From Azolla caroliniana (taxonomy: Eukaryota > Plantae > Polypodiophyta), in assembly GCA_043228905.1 (NCBI GenBank), contig JBHGNT010000008.1:1984001-2048000 (forward strand): a stretch of 64,000 nucleotides of DNA, read 5' to 3'. Below are positions 1-14,742 of this stretch, piece by piece. A program made the translations under genes and the position numbers. The notes under the pieces were generated by a model. It was not told the DNA's origin. It did not search any database and was given only the letters and a program-made list of their open reading frames with translations. Positions within the stretch are counted from its first letter, which is position 1. The number at the start of each line of letters is the position of its first letter.

Positions 1-3000
1 GTCTTGGGAGAAATTGAGATGATGATTATCTTTGGATTATAATCATATTATATACCACAAATGAGGTTCGACTTACATCATCTCTCATGTGGAAATACTT
101 TTGACACATAGCATTGATCTCATGACTCTCATAAAAGCTGAGAAATAGACCATTTAAACATCCGATGTACTCTATTTCTTTGAGTTGAAATTTGAGAATC
201 TTTATTGGAACTTGGGAAATATTGTATCTCAACTCACTGACTATTAATCGACTTCATTGTTGGGCTTATTTTTAATTCCTTATTACCATCTCCATTGACT
301 CAGTTAAATTTCCATTTCTTTCCTCAATTACAATTGACGATGTTTTAGATAGATGAATGGTTTGAGTTTTCAAAGTCTGATAATAAAGCTCTAGCATGCA
401 CTACATTTCTGAATGCTCCACTTTTTATAGGATATTTACTACTTAGAGGCGGAGGCCAAGTGTAACCTATGAAACCAAGAGTGAAACATCTTCATGCAAT
501 ATGTGTGGAATTAAATATGGACTCTTAATGTTCAAGAGTTTTTCTAATGAAAGTTGCAATTGGGTGGGCTCATTCTATGTGGGATCAAACCAAATTAACA
601 ATGTGTGGAAAGCAAACTTGGAAGTGATTAAAGTCAAAGCATTATTGCAGAATGTCATAGACTCCTGAACTATTCAAGGCAATTTGTGCATAATCAACTG
701 AGATTCCTCATGTGTGCCCCAATGTCCCGGCTCACATCCAGTAAGTTGAGTTGTATGTAATTAATGATCTGGATGGTGTACAAAAGGATGGACTCTATCA
801 TGCATGAGTGAAGAAGAAGAGGGTTTGGTAGTTGATGCAACAAATGTAATATGATGTGTAAAATCTAACCTTTCATATCTATCCCAACCCATGATATATA
901 ATTGTTCCAAAAAAAACTAATCTACTAAGGAATCTATTGACACAATCATGAAGCAAGTGTAATGCATCCCATCTTCCAAACAATTGTCTTCCTATCTTTC
1001 ATCCATCCAAAACTCAAGAATTTTCGTTTTCATGTGTCATTTTAATATTTATACTCGTTTCCCATTCAAGCATATGAAGTTTATGTGAAGGGTTTTGGCA
1101 TATTTGCACCTTTGGCTTGTACTCACTAACCTTGCCCATGCCCACGATCTCAATAGAGAATAAATGAATGAATGTGTGTGGTGTTTGCTCACACATATGT
1201 TATATGGACATAATAATAGGCCCCTACACAACTCACATGTTATTGGAATGAACAGTTGCACAACATTCCTTAGCACACGTTTTATCATCCTGGTAATTGA
1301 AATGAAACATCTATGGTCGTCATCCATCTTACACTAGAACTATGTTTAATGGGTCAACACTTTTCTTTCGATTTCATTTGGTATAAAAAGAGGTTGATAA
1401 TCTTGTGAAGATGTAAAGTTAGGAGAAATTTAAATGTATTTAGCTTTTTTGAGCTAATCCACTTGCCATTTTGCTCCAATATTTTCCAAGACTTACATTG
1501 TGCACCACCACACCTCTAGAATCAAACGATAACTACATGATTCTGGAAATTTTGGTGCGATAAATAGTAGAAGAAAGAAGCCTTACATAGAAGGAATTGC
1601 AAATGATTAAAAGTTATCATCTTATACCCATTGGTATGCCAAACTCATTTCACAACTCTAGATCATTTGAATTATGAATGTCATACAATACACTGATAGA
1701 TATCTCTAGGGTCAAGTAAAATGTCCATTATGGTTCAATTAGAAAGGAACCAGCTTTTATATTGGGGTGTATTTGTTCATAATTTGTTTTCACAATCTCG
1801 GGTCAAATGGTGTAACAACTTTGACATAAAAGAATGCGTAGTTAGAGTAAATCATTTCATGCATTCATTGAATCCGACTTTGCTTTTCTTAAATATTGAA
1901 AGTAGAGATTTTACTTGTGATCTTATGTTTAGTAGACATCATTTCACTTCCGGTACATCCTTATTCACTTTTTGGTTTCCTAAAGGCTCTAGATTGTGTT
2001 CTGTAGATAAAAATAATCCAAATGCTAACCTTTTACGTCAAAGGCAAAGGTGAGTAGGAAACAATCCTTTCAAATCATATACAATGCATCTCGAACAAAA
2101 ATCATAACTCCTTCCGTTTATGGTTTCATGCCAACTTTATTTCCTTTACAAATCACTTGAATGTAGCAAATATTTGCATTGTTATGGACCATGGTGAAAG
2201 AGGAGAGCATATGTTCCCAAACATTGCTTGTGCCTTTCTTTAAGCATGTAGTTTTATTTTATTTTATTTTGTATGACTAAAGCTTTCACCAACCAGGCCC
2301 CAAATTCTCTTAGCAAATAAGATTCCAAGTTGAAACATGTGTGTTCAATGAAGTGTGACACGAAGTTTGTTCCAGTTGTTCAAGGAAATTTTTATGTGTT
2401 TTGATGAAGCATAGTGTACAATGAGAGGTGTCATCAAGAAAGAACACAAGCCCAAATACTCATACATGAATCGAGGGGGCACTTTCTCAAAACAAATAAT
2501 GCATTAACATGTTGTAGTAGAAGGGGGGGTATATTAGTCACAATCTAGTTTATAGAGGGATTTGTGTGTTGATCATAGGCTACATATCCAAATACATTTT
2601 AGATGGCTATAGAATTCGCATGTGTCCAAGGAATCTTTATGTGATTTAAAAATATTTACAATTTGATGCCTACTATGTTCTTACAATACCTAAGTAGACA
2701 CTCCATATAGGAATTATACTTGATAATAATGGGCTTTATGTCATTCGTGCATGAAGCTAAATAGCACCAACTTTCAAGGATTTGGTAGAGCATGCATTTC
2801 AAGATTTTGAAAAAATATGAAGGCAATAGAATTAAACAAACAATGCTTCTTATAAAACCATTCGTGTTCATGTTACCAATTTCATTGGAAATGTAATTGT
2901 TGTCCTGTAAAGGCCCACACCAGTTTTATGATATTTTTATCATATAGTTTAACACATGCAACAAGAAATTAATATAAATAGTTTAGAACTTTCAAAATAG

Positions 3001-5413
3001 TGTAAGCATGTGTTATAGCATGAACCTCTTGTAATAAGGAATTCAAGCGATTATAAATACACAGTTTATTGAAACAAAAAAATAATTCATGTCATGATTG
3101 GAATACGTCAAGACATCTAGAATCAAAATTATATTGGCCTTAACTAACATGCCATTATAAAACTTAAATATACACTTTTGATAGCATTTTCACGATGTTT
3201 CCATGTATGTGCTCATCAAGCCATCTAGAATCTAGTTTCTCAACTTGATTGGCTTAATATATTGGCCTTAACTAACATGCCATTATAAAATTTGAACGTA
3301 CACTTTAGATAGCATACACAGTGTTTCCATGTGTGTATTTGTCATTCATACCAATACACACAAAAGTGGCTTATTATTTTTTATTGAAATAAGGAAACTG
3401 AGATTAACTAAAAAAACAAGGCTTATCATATTGCTTAAATAATTACATTTATCTGCTTGAAGTTGTTCCTACTTAATGGCTCTTGTCTTATGGGCAATTT
3501 ACGAATGATGTAATGGTATTCTAACTCCAATTTAAAGAGTTCCTAATGAATTTCTTGATGATAGTCTAACATGGCAACTATGTGCCCCTCACATGAGTGA
3601 ACTCTAATGACCATGAGAGACCAAACTCATCCTAATGGTCAATGAGAGAGCTTTGAAAACCATCGTGCACATATATGACGACTAAAAGAGTATGCAATCG
3701 ATATATAAACAACTATGCTACATGAGTCTTGCTTCGACAATGATGCATTCTAAATAATAGAGCAAAAAATGCTTAAAACTTTGGAAAATATAGGATGGCT
3801 ACCATGAAAAAATCAATATTTAAATGAGGATATCCCACCCCACCATCCTATACGGCCATTTGAACTTGTAATCGTTCAAGAAAGAAAGGTTGTTTTTACG
3901 ACAACCTTTCACATGCGCAATACAATGTGTGCCAATAATATCAAATCCTTTTGAAAAGAAGTTTCAGTTTTTCAATGAGAGGCACTATGTGGAACTATTG
4001 AAAACATGGGGCAAACAATGTTCCAATCAACATGACCGCACTATATGCATATATGTTACTTGTCGTCATGCTTTATGATGTCATCACGCATGGGATATGA
4101 CCTGCATTTTCGCGGGTCTTAACTCGCATATAATTGTATCCTTGTGATAATGATTGAAGAGCTCGTTATTTCGTCAAGACCAACTAATGTTTATAATCCT
4201 CCTAACCACTTGCCCTATATGCTGATCCCACTAACAAATGGTTCATGAATATTGTTCTTATAGACGTCATACTAGATTCACAACGTTGAAATCTAAAAGT
4301 TTATCTTACGAGTACATGTATCAAAGTTATCAACTAATTGTCTAGAGGTAGCTTGGTAATAAGTGACCAACATCTTGATATGAATGTGATTGAGATACGA
4401 TGTGAAAGTAGTTCTCCATTTTATTCACCATGTGATAATGGTAATGGAGGGGTTCCTTAGTTTGCGTGAACTAACTTTGTAGCATGTATAATCCTCATAA
4501 CCATTGGCCCTATGTGTTAACCCCACTAATGAGTGATTTTAGGAATATTGTCCACATACATGTCATACTTGATGTAAGATATTAAAGCCTAATTTTTGCA
4601 AGATCTTTGTTACAAGTTTCTGTATCAAAAATAGCCTCTAGCCATCTACATGTAGCTTGATAAAAGTGCACCTAGTCCACGTTGATATTTAGAGGGTTGT
4701 GGTGTGACAAGAAAAGAGGGATGCTCGCTTGGATTGTTGCCATGATATGATGCTATATTGAATTTGGCTAGAGAGCCTTTATAATATGGATGCATTATGT
4801 GTCATAACCATGTCTTATAATATGCACTAACAAGCTCAATTTGCCTAGAGAGCGTTTGTAATATGCATGCATTGTGTCTCATAACCACGCCCTAATAATA
4901 TGAAGTAAACAAGTGACTTGTTTCTATTGTCTATATACAAGTCATTCCAAATGAAAGATACCATAAACTTAGTCCATCAAGACGACCCTTCCATCTCGAG
5001 ATGAAAGCCACAGTGAGCGGGCGAGCGGAGCAGTGAACCGACACCAAATTCGATCGATTCAAACATGTAGAGGAAGACTGGTGCATGACACGAGCGAGGA
5101 GAGGTGGTCCGACAGCAATGTGAAGGGGACATGGTAGGGAGGGGGGCAAGCAGTTTCTTGGTTCCTTATCGATCCGATTTCGAGGAGGAGATACGAGATC
5201 GTGGGTTCAAGAGGTGATGATGGTCGGGGTGGGGGGCAACAAGAGGAAGGAGAGATCCTACCAAAGTGGCAATTCTTGTTAGATAGCTAGCCCATGATAT
5301 GTCCACCTTATATACATATGTATGTATGTTTATACACACACAAACCGCACACACATATAACGGCTCATTCTTAAGTTCTATTGTAATAAATTTACATACA
5401 TACATAGAATAGA

Positions 5414-6193
5414 ATGGACGTGTTCAGACGGCCGCGGGGGCGGCCGCCCGGCTCCAAGAACCGGCCCAAGCCGCCGGACATCATTGTGGCTAGAGATCTG
5501 GGCGGAGCCGCCATGCGTGCCCATCTGATCGAGGTGGCCCCCGGGCACGACGTGGCCGGCTGCCTCTCCGCCTTCGCCTCCACCCGCCACTGCGGCCTCG
5601 CCATCCTCTCCGCCACCGGCTCCGTCGCCAACGTCACAATCCGCCGCCACTTCCCGGCCGGTTCCGGCTCCGGCTCCACCGGCTCCGCCGCCATCACGTT
5701 TCCGGGGCGCTTCGACATACTGTCGCTGTCGGGGGTGTTCTTGCCGGCTCCGGTCACCGGCCTCACGGTTTACCTGTCGGGGCCTGCGCAGGGTCAGGTG
5801 GTAGGCGGCCTCGTGGCCGGGCCGCTTCTCGCGTCGGGAGGGCCCGTGCTCCTTACGGCCGCCTCCTTCCTCAATGCCTCCTACGACCAGCTCCCGCCCG
5901 GCGGTGGCTCCGACGGCTCCGCCGGCTCCGACCACCTCCTGGCCACACCTCCGCCGGCCGACATCGGCTCCGTGAGCCGTCCTGAGGAGCCGCCATTCAT
6001 GCGCACCTTGGCCGGCAGCACGAACCCTCGTAGCCTCGTCCTCGACAACACAACCAACGTGCCCGTGTCCGTGTCCTCGCTCTTTAACTTCCCTACCACC
6101 CCCGGACACCTCCATGTGCCCAATGCGCCCCCCGGCGATGGCCGTTGTCGCATCCCCTATCGTGGGTACTACCACACATTGCCAACAAACTAA
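5414..6193 (+). CDS. AHL: AT-hook motif nuclear-localized protein (AT-hook + PPC/DUF296), intronless clade-A type
   Basis: RRPRGRPPGSKN AT-hook followed by a PPC domain (LSATGSVANVTIR, GRFDILSLSG, GQVVGGLVAGPLLASG). Single 259-aa ORF in a GC-rich island. Confidence 0.93.
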   Translation: MDVFRRPRGRPPGSKNRPKPPDIIVARDLGGAAMRAHLIEVAPGHDVAGCLSAFASTRHCGLAILSATGSVANVTIRRHFPAGSGSGSTGSAAITFPGRFDILSLSGVFLPAPVTGLTVYLSGPAQGQVVGGLVAGPLLASGGPVLLTAASFLNASYDQLPPGGGSDGSAGSDHLLATPPPADIGSVSRPEEPPFMRTLAGSTNPRSLVLDNTTNVPVSVSSLFNFPTTPGHLHVPNAPPGDGRCRIPYRGYYHTLPTN

Positions 6194-7389
6194 GCTTGCA
6201 ATGTAACCACATTTTCTCTCTATGGAATCGCCCCCTAACCCCCCTGCCTGCGGCCAAAACCCGAATAATCATCCCAAGTCTTGGTCCCATATAGACCAAA
6301 TCATACATACATACATACACTTAACTTACTTGGGTCCCATTGGTGCCCTGCATCTTAGTCCCGTTGGCCAATATATTGTTGGCCTTTGGGTAAGCTTCTC
6401 GCAATTCTCGGTAAACCAACGGTAGATAGGAACCGAACTGTCTCACGACATTCTACACCCAACTCACGTATGAGGAATGATCTCTCTCTCTCTCTCACCC
6501 ACACACACTCTCATAAAATCACACTCCCTCATTTTAACCAGAGAAAACCCACCTAGCCTAGTCAATTGCCTTTACTTCCCTTTTTTCTCATCACATAGTA
6601 TGACAACTTCTTCTTCTTCTTTTTTTTTTGGGGGGGGGGGGGGGGCACAATTGCCACACCAAAAACCAATGTAATTGTTTTCTCCCAGCATGTCATGTGC
6701 GTAGGTGCCCATAGCGATGATGCTTATGAGGGTAGTGGTAGATCTTGAATTTCTTCTTAGTGTCCCTCTCTCCAATCTTTTCAGTGATGCCAATTTGTAT
6801 ATGTAGCCATTTGAAAAAACAAACCATTATTGTATATTTGACATAAATCTTAGTAATCTATTAATTTTTGTATTGTATTTCTATCACCGGACCTTCCTAA
6901 CATATATGCAATTTCGTCTCATCGAGATCCCACATGGTTAATGTAACTTTCCTCTATTATTCCAAAGCTCTTCTAGTTATACTTGCATTATTGAACATGA
7001 AAAACTTAATTTGTTAGTGGTCCATGTTTGAATTTTGAAACAACTATATTTTCAAAATGAGTTTAATCTTTACCTAGATCCATTGCCCATGTAATCATAG
7101 TATGACCAACTCTAGAGATGAATCTACCTTACACAAGCAAAAAGTATATTGCATTTATACAAAGGAATACCTTTACCCATGCTTACTATGATTCATTATA
7201 ACTTGAATTTGACACAAGACACATTTGATGCTAGTAGTGGCAATTTCTTTTTCTTGATGACGTTAGGCTCAAATATCTTAGTATTTCCATATCTTTACTT
7301 ATCATCACATATACAAAAGAGTGCCTTCACAATGTAAATGGTCTAAGGTGACGCCAACAATGTACATGGTATGACTTGGAGTGCTACGA

Positions 7390-7592
<203 letters not shown>

Positions 7593-9219
7593 AATTGATG
7601 CAAGGTTGCGTTCATATCCAAGATACAACATTTCACATTAGAATCTTCTAGTGAGACATTTAGCATTGGTACACATAATTCAACAAAATGCCACATTTAG
7701 CATCAACACACATTGATCAATGTGAAAATGTTCCTTTTTCCAACCCTTATTCTCGACCATGTCTTCTTTGGAGTCTCACTTAGTTTCTAGTGGGATGCAT
7801 TTGCAACACAATCAAAGGTTTCGTATCTGATATTGATATTCACTTTTCAGGAGCTCAATAGATGGCAAACTTATGATGTAATCATGGAGCTGAAATGTGT
7901 TTATGAGTTCAACTTCAATCAATATGACAATGTTTCCTAGCAATACATTATCTAATTATATTAAGTAATGATGCAAGCACATTGTATGTTGCAATTGCAA
8001 ATTCTCTTGCTCCAGTTTGAACCTTGACACATCCATGTTGGTATGTCAATATGCAAATGATTATGCATATTCCATATTTCTTGATGTCAATATGTCCAAA
8101 TATGAGATGGACTCCTATTATAAGTGGTAGTTTTTTTAATGACGAGGTCACTTTAATGAAAACACCAGAAGAAATAATTAGCAATTGTTGTTGACATGTC
8201 TATATGTGATTTACGATTAATAGTCCATATTCCACTGTGTTAATAGGTCTAAAGAAGTGATGGTTTCATACCTTCATTTCTTTCAAGTTATAAGTAAGAC
8301 CGATGCGTCGTTAAAATCTAGATATAGGCACATTATGCAAGTAAAGTCTTGATAGCTTTGTCATGGACATACAAAGAAGACTTCATACGTGAGAACAGTC
8401 TTCCTTTCTATGCAATATAACAAACTCTTAGTGTGCATGATCTAAAGCAAATATGTGAAGATATCTAATAACCAACCTAAATTGACCAATTGTTAAGGAC
8501 TTGAACTCAAGTTGCATCAAACAATATTTACTTTTATAATAAATTTACCTTAATTCAATTTAAGAGACGTATGTTAGAATGTTTTAGGATGTCTAAAGTG
8601 TTTTATGTGACCTTATTACACAAGGGAATGTTTTCACATTGTGGTGCTTTTTAGCATATAAGGATTTGTTACCATATGACTCGGAATTTTGAGAAATATG
8701 AACTCTGAAATCCATGCAATCTTTATCTTATTTCCCAAACACCCCATTCCTATCAACCCTTGCGAAGGGGAGGATGAGTTGACCATATAATTGTTTTGAA
8801 ATAAAATAGCACGTGTAATCTACACAATATGACAAATGCACCATATATAACTAATCAACTAACACTTGTAATCATTTGTGATGATGAGGATCAAGGGCAT
8901 CTTGGAGATACTGGAAACTTGAGGTGTCTATGTAACCATGCCAGTGAAGTTTCCCATGAAACAAAACTCGATAGCTCTGGGCCTATATGGGTCCCTAACA
9001 CCAATGAGTAGGTAGTGTTTATGCGAACCACTCCTCCCTCAAGGAGCTATTCGGGAAATTTACACTATCAGACCATGGCCGCCCTAACACTCTTTAAGTA
9101 ATTTACGCGAATAACTCCCACCCCCAAGGAGCTTTTCGGAAACCTAAAAACACTTTTGGGGGGGCTTTCAAAAACTAGCCTTCATTCTCATGTGGAAACT
9201 TGGGGCAAGGGGCAGTCTA

Positions 9220-9332
9220 ATAGGAGTCGGCAATGGTTCAGTCAGTCAGTTCGGTTCAGGTTTGATTTTCCATAACCGGTTTGAATTCGGTTTGGCATGG
9301 CTCGAACCGAGCCAAACCGGTTAAGCCGATTC
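9220..9332. repeat. GGTT/AACC-rich MITE-like remnant upstream of CHLI
   Basis: Clustered ggttcggtt/aaccg motifs; similar motifs occur at 19235-19700. Confidence 0.4.
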
Positions 9333-9491
9333 GTAAGGGGGGCAGAAACGTAATTTTGGGAAAGTACCACAGAGCACTGTCTTCTCTTCTCTGTTCCAAG
9401 AAGGGGATAAAGCTTCTGACTACCACAAAGGAGCTCTGATTCCTCTCATCTCCCTCGACTGATTCGTCCTGCTGTCTCGCTCTCTTTCTCC

Positions 9492-12199
9492 ATGGCTTCT
9501 GCTTCGGCCTCCATTTCTCTCCCCGCTGTCGCCCTCAGAAGCTCCTCTGGCAGAGAAATCCGCACTTCCCATGGTAATCCTCGTCTTTCCTCTTTTGTGG
9601 TTCCTTTTTTTTTTTACGTCACTTACACTCTAGATCTTGGCCTTGAGTAGAAATTCTACGGATCACCATTCCTGGCATTTTGCTTCTGATCTTAACCTTT
9701 ACATGCTTCTGGCATTTTGCATCTGCTTAAGCTTAATGTTTCTCCTTTGAATGGAGCAACCTGAAATTTGGTTTCGGATTGAGCTGAATATGTTTCCTTT
9801 GAATGGAATGAGGACCATTTCTGGAAATGTTTCTTCTTAAACTATGTTTCCTTGAATAGAGAAATTTTGTTTCTGATTGAGCTGAATTTATTTCCTTTGA
9901 ATGGAATGATGACCATGCCTGGAAATGTTTCTTCTTAAACTATGTTTCCTTGAATAGAATGATGACCATTTCTGGCATTTCGAAACATCTGCCCGTATCA
10001 GTTAAATCAGCAATCTTTACTGCAAATATGTAGCGTGCATTGTGTAGATTCCCTCTGGATGAAGAGTTGATGCTAATAATTCCCGTATCAAGCAAACCAT
10101 ACATACAAAATGTGATATATTTTACTTAAGCAACCAGATTATATAAATACAAGCGTCTTTTTTCTTTTCTTGTGATCAAAGTGAAGTATACATTCAACTT
10201 CCAAACCAGTATGAAAACTTAAGCTTAATGTCAGGGAGTGGTAGCTTGATTCAAAGAAATTTATTAAATTCAGGACATGAAATGCTGTGCAAAATCATGA
10301 TTCCATTCAAGGAAACATAAGACTAAGATTCTAGTTCATCACACGATGTGTCTCCTAATGTCACAAAAAGAAGCCAAAAGGATCTCATAGCAACAAGTTG
10401 CTAAGACAAACAAACGGCCAGATTACAGTCACAGCCCATTGATCTAGAACATGTTTGGATGCTTCATTGTTTATTAGAAGAACATCTTCCAATGGTCTCT
10501 GTAAACAAAACCAAAGGAGTTTACTTCATGTTTTAATCTGCTCTAGGTAATCAGGATGAATGTGAATATAAAAAAGGATGAATGTGAATATCAAAATTTG
10601 TAAGTGTTCGGTTTTCATGTACAATTACTAAACTTGGGAGTCTGCAAAAATATCTAATGCAACGATTCTTGAATTACTGGACCAGGTTCATTGCCTTGTG
10701 CTAGTTCTCTACAAGGCACAAAATTGAAGGTAGAGAAACATTCTCTTTTCAGGACATCAAGCAGACGCGGATTTTCAGTGGTGAAAAATGCTGCCAGTAC
10801 CGTACTTTCACCAGAGCAACAGGTATTCTTTACAGAAAAACTCTAAAATTTCCCTACCCATAGCCTTCCGAATATTCACCAATATACCAACCCTAAGTTC
10901 CCAAAAATTACTGGAATACTCCTATGTAGTAGTAGTATATTATACAATGCAGAAGGGTTATTCGTGTAATTTTTGGACAGTTAGGGGGTATAACCAGGAA
11001 AACAAGTTAAGGATATTTTGATCTTTTCCCCCTTCTCTTGAGTTGTTCCTGTCTGATATCAATTTTGTCTATTTGTGCTTCATTCATCTAATTGAGATAT
11101 CTTGGATTGTCATTTATAGACTTCTAGCTTGAATAAAGCTTCCAAAGAGAATCAAAGACCGGTATTTCCCTTCACTGCCATTGTGGGGCAAGAAGAAATG
11201 AAGTTGTGCTTACTTCTCAATGTTATTGATCCAAAGATAGGTGGTGTTATGATCATGGGAGATCGAGGCACAGGAAAATCAACTACTGTAAGGTCACTTA
11301 TTGATCTACTACCAGAGATTAAGGTGGTGTCAGGTGATCCTTTCAACTCTGATCCTAATGATCCTGAGCTTATGAGTGAAGAAGTTCGCCTGAAAGTGCA
11401 ATCAGGAGAAGAGTTCAGTGTATCCTGTACAAAGATTACTATGGTAGACCTTCCTTTGGGAGCTACAGAGGATAGGGTATGTGGCACCATTGACATAGAA
11501 AAGGCTCTTACTGAAGGAGTAAAGGCATTTGAACCAGGTCTTCTTGCTAAAGCAAATCGTGGAATTTTGTATGTCGATGAGGTGAATTTGCTGGATGATC
11601 ACTTAGTAGATGTCCTCTTAGATTCCGCTGCCTCGGGATGGAATACTGTAGAGAGAGAAGGAATTTCAATCTCTCACCCTGCTCGATTCATCCTTATAGG
11701 GTCTGGAAATCCAGAGGAAGGAGAATTAAGACCTCAACTACTTGACCGATTTGGTATGCATGCCCAAGTTGGGACTGTTAGGGATGCCGAATTGAGGGTA
11801 AAGATTGTCGAAGAAAGAAGTAAGTTTGATCAGGACCCAAAAGGCTTCCGGGAAGCATATAAAGAGGAACAAGAAAAACTTCAAGATCAGATCACAAAGG
11901 CTCGTGCCCTTCTTCCAAAAGTGACCGTTCCACGTGATATCAGAGTAAAAGTGTCTCAAGTTTGTTCTGATTTGAATGTAGATGGGTTGAGAGGTGACAT
12001 TGTGTCGAATAGGGCGGCAAAAGCATTGGCTGCTCTTCGCGGTAGGGAAGAGGTGACAGCTGAGGATGTTTATACTGTTATCGCTAATTGCCTTCGGCAC
12101 CGATTGAGGAAAGATCCTTTGGAATCAATCGATTCAGGCTTGCTCGTGGTGGAGAAGTTTTGTGAGGTTTTTGGGTATGCCAAACCAGACAGCTCTTGA
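9492..12199 (+). CDS. CHLI: Magnesium-chelatase subunit I, chloroplast precursor
   Basis: Exons 9492-9573, 10686-10822 and 11120-12199 join in frame with GT-AG introns. Ser/Ala-rich transit peptide [16 protein letters not shown], then [13 protein letters not shown], Walker A GDRGTGKS, Walker B ILYVDEVN and [16 protein letters not shown]. Confidence 0.97.
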
Positions 12200-12564
12200 G
12201 CTCAAAACTGAAAGCAAAAAGCAGAAAGGACAACCCAATCATTGTGCACTCACAGACTTTACTATCGTTTAGTTACTTCCCCCTCCTTCCCTCCCTTCAC
12301 TACAGGCAATGGTCTTATTATCTCTATATGTATCTTGATTAAATGTAACTATAGAGAGGATCTTGATAGTTTTAAAGCTGCAACAATGAGGAATGAATAT
12401 TTTCATCAAAGATATTTTTAATGGAAATATCAAGTGTATGGTAAATATGGTGTTTGTTTTTGGCCATGTAAAATGGGTCAAGTTGTAAGAGATATTATAA
12501 TTTTGTCTATATATTGTGATATGCAGATTTGTCATAATTCCGTAACTTTTACTTAACATGAAAT

Positions 12565-14740
12565 TGTTGAGAATTAGGTCCCTTTCGGATGGGCCGAATT
12601 CAGGATAAAGGAAAATGTAAATAGGTTTTGGGTCAAGCCTATTTAGGCCAATTTTGTAAATAGCCCGAAAGTTATCTAAGTATAAAGATAACTAGGGCAA
12701 ACTTTATGAGGTAGTGTGTATCGTCTTGTTCATAGCCTAGTTGTGTGTGTATCTGTGTAATAGAGTGTAGCGTGTGCGAGGTCGTTGCCTCCATAGCCAG
12801 AACAAACGAAGTGTGTGAGAGTGAGAGAGACACGGAGAGTGCCTCTATTGTAACCACCAATCGGCGAAGTGAACGAACTCAATTCGGTGCGTTTGTGTTC
12901 GTCTCGTTGTATATTTCTCTTATAGTGATTTGTTTTGGTGTTTGTGGGCACCCATGGTTTTTACCTGATTTGGGGTTTTCCACGATATATCTTGTGCACA
13001 TATGTATATTTTTCTTGTTTCTCTCTGTTTTTGCTTGTTGCTCCAATTCCGCATTTGACTCGGTTGTGGCCGAGTTCCTGTTTTTCCTTTCAAATTGGTA
13101 TCAGAGCGAAGTTCTAAACTTCAAACAAAACAAAGTGAAATGGAATATTCATTCGGAGGCATGTTCAAGCTCACCAACTCCAACTACTCATATGGAAGTC
13201 GAAGATGAGGGACATGCTAGTGGTCAAATATCTCTAGCTGTTGGTACAGTTTGGAGATAAAAGATCGGACAAGATTGATATCGCGACCTGGGAGGTAATG
13301 CACTTGAAGACGATGACATACATTCGATGCTTCATCGACATGAGGATGTACAACAACTTCAATGAAGAGAACAAGGCTCATGAACTTTGGGAGAAGATTG
13401 ACATTATGTTGGAGAACAAAAATGTCGTGAATCTAGTCTCAGTATTTTGAAAAATTGTGAGGCTCAGGTATCAGGATGGCTCTAGTATGGAGGAGCATAT
13501 GAATGCCTTCCATGGGCTAATAAACAAGAATACCTTGCTTGAAGTACCTCTAGCCAACAAGGTAATGGGGTGGTTGTTGCTCGGATCCCTTCCAAATAGC
13601 TGGGAGACACTAATTGTCACACTGGGCAACGTCGGACCGGAGGGGAAGTTCTTATCCATGGCTAGAGTAAAATTGAGCTTTTTGGATGAGGAAGCTCGTC
13701 GAAAGGACAAGGAGGCAATTTCCGACCCGAAGGCCCTAGTCACAGAAAGTGATACACATAGAGGGAGAGGCCAAAACGGGAGTCCCTAGAACGAGAGAAG
13801 TCGGGGACAAGGTCGAAGTCAAGGGGGAGGTCCATGTGCTTCTATTGTGGGAAGTCGGGGCACTTCCAGAAGAATTGCTGACACTTCCGAAAGGAGAAAG
13901 AGGGAGCCGATAGTGCCAACTCGAAGAAGAGTTCGGATCAGAAAGGAGCGTCTGCAATCAAGATAAGCGAGGAAGAATTGTTGCTCATAAGTGAGCAGAA
14001 CAAACTAAATCTTGTCGACAATGAATCGACATGGGTAGTCAATTCGGGTGCATCGTTTCACGTAATCCCCGGCAAGAAGTGCTTCTCATCCTACAAAGCG
14101 TGAGACCACGACCTTGTAAGGACGGGAAATGAAGGTGCATGCAGAATTCTTGGCATCGAAGATGTGTGCCTAGTAACGTCGATTGGGTGTCGACTAATAC
14201 TAAAAGATGTCATACACATTCCGGAGGTTCGATTGAACCTGATATTAGCTGATCGACTGGATGACGAAGGTTACACATGTAGCATCCAGAATGGAGTCAT
14301 GAAGTTTAGCAAAGGGAGCCTGATTGTGGCCCAACACCGGAAGACGAGCACACTGTACTTAATGCACACTTGGGTATGTCAGTCAGGAGCGAATGTGGCA
14401 GCCAACAATGTAGGTGAGTTGTGGCACAGGAGGTTGTGGCACATGAGTAAGAAGGGGATGTGAAGACTTGCCGATGACAACCTCATTCCAGAGGTAAAGA
14501 ATGTGCAACTTGAGAAGTGCACTGACTGCTTGGTCGGCAAGCAAAACAAAACCTCTTTCCGATTGAGACCATCGACGAGATGGAAGGCACCGCTTGAACT
14601 CATGCATACCGATGTATGCTTCGTGGACACAAAGTCACATGCCGGATTGCAGTACTTCGTGACCTTCATAGATGACCACAACTGGAAGTTGTGGGTCTCC
14701 ACGTTGAAGATGAAGGACCAGGTACTGTCCGTCTATTAAG
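12565..14740 (+). mobile_element. Ty1/copia LTR retrotransposon, degenerate 5' half (LTR, PBS, gag, protease, start of integrase)
   Basis: TG...CA LTR at ~12565-13092; tRNA-iMet PBS TGGTATCAGAGC at 13096; LLGSLPNSW; zinc knuckle CFYCGKSGHFQKNC (~13837); protease WVVNSGASFH; LWHRRLWHMS; LELMHTDVC. Stops and frameshifts throughout; truncated at ~14740. Confidence 0.9.
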
Positions 14741-14742
14741 CA

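Noticed and set aside
1-3000. Coding-like minus-strand fragments, possibly an old transposon, with vague resemblance to 7600-8700 and 61200-63100
   Set aside because: Too degenerate to find a diagnostic motif by eye; needs tBLASTx or RepeatMasker.
5378-6175. 265-aa antisense ORF over AHL
   Set aside because: Shadow ORF expected from very high GC content; no recognisable motif.
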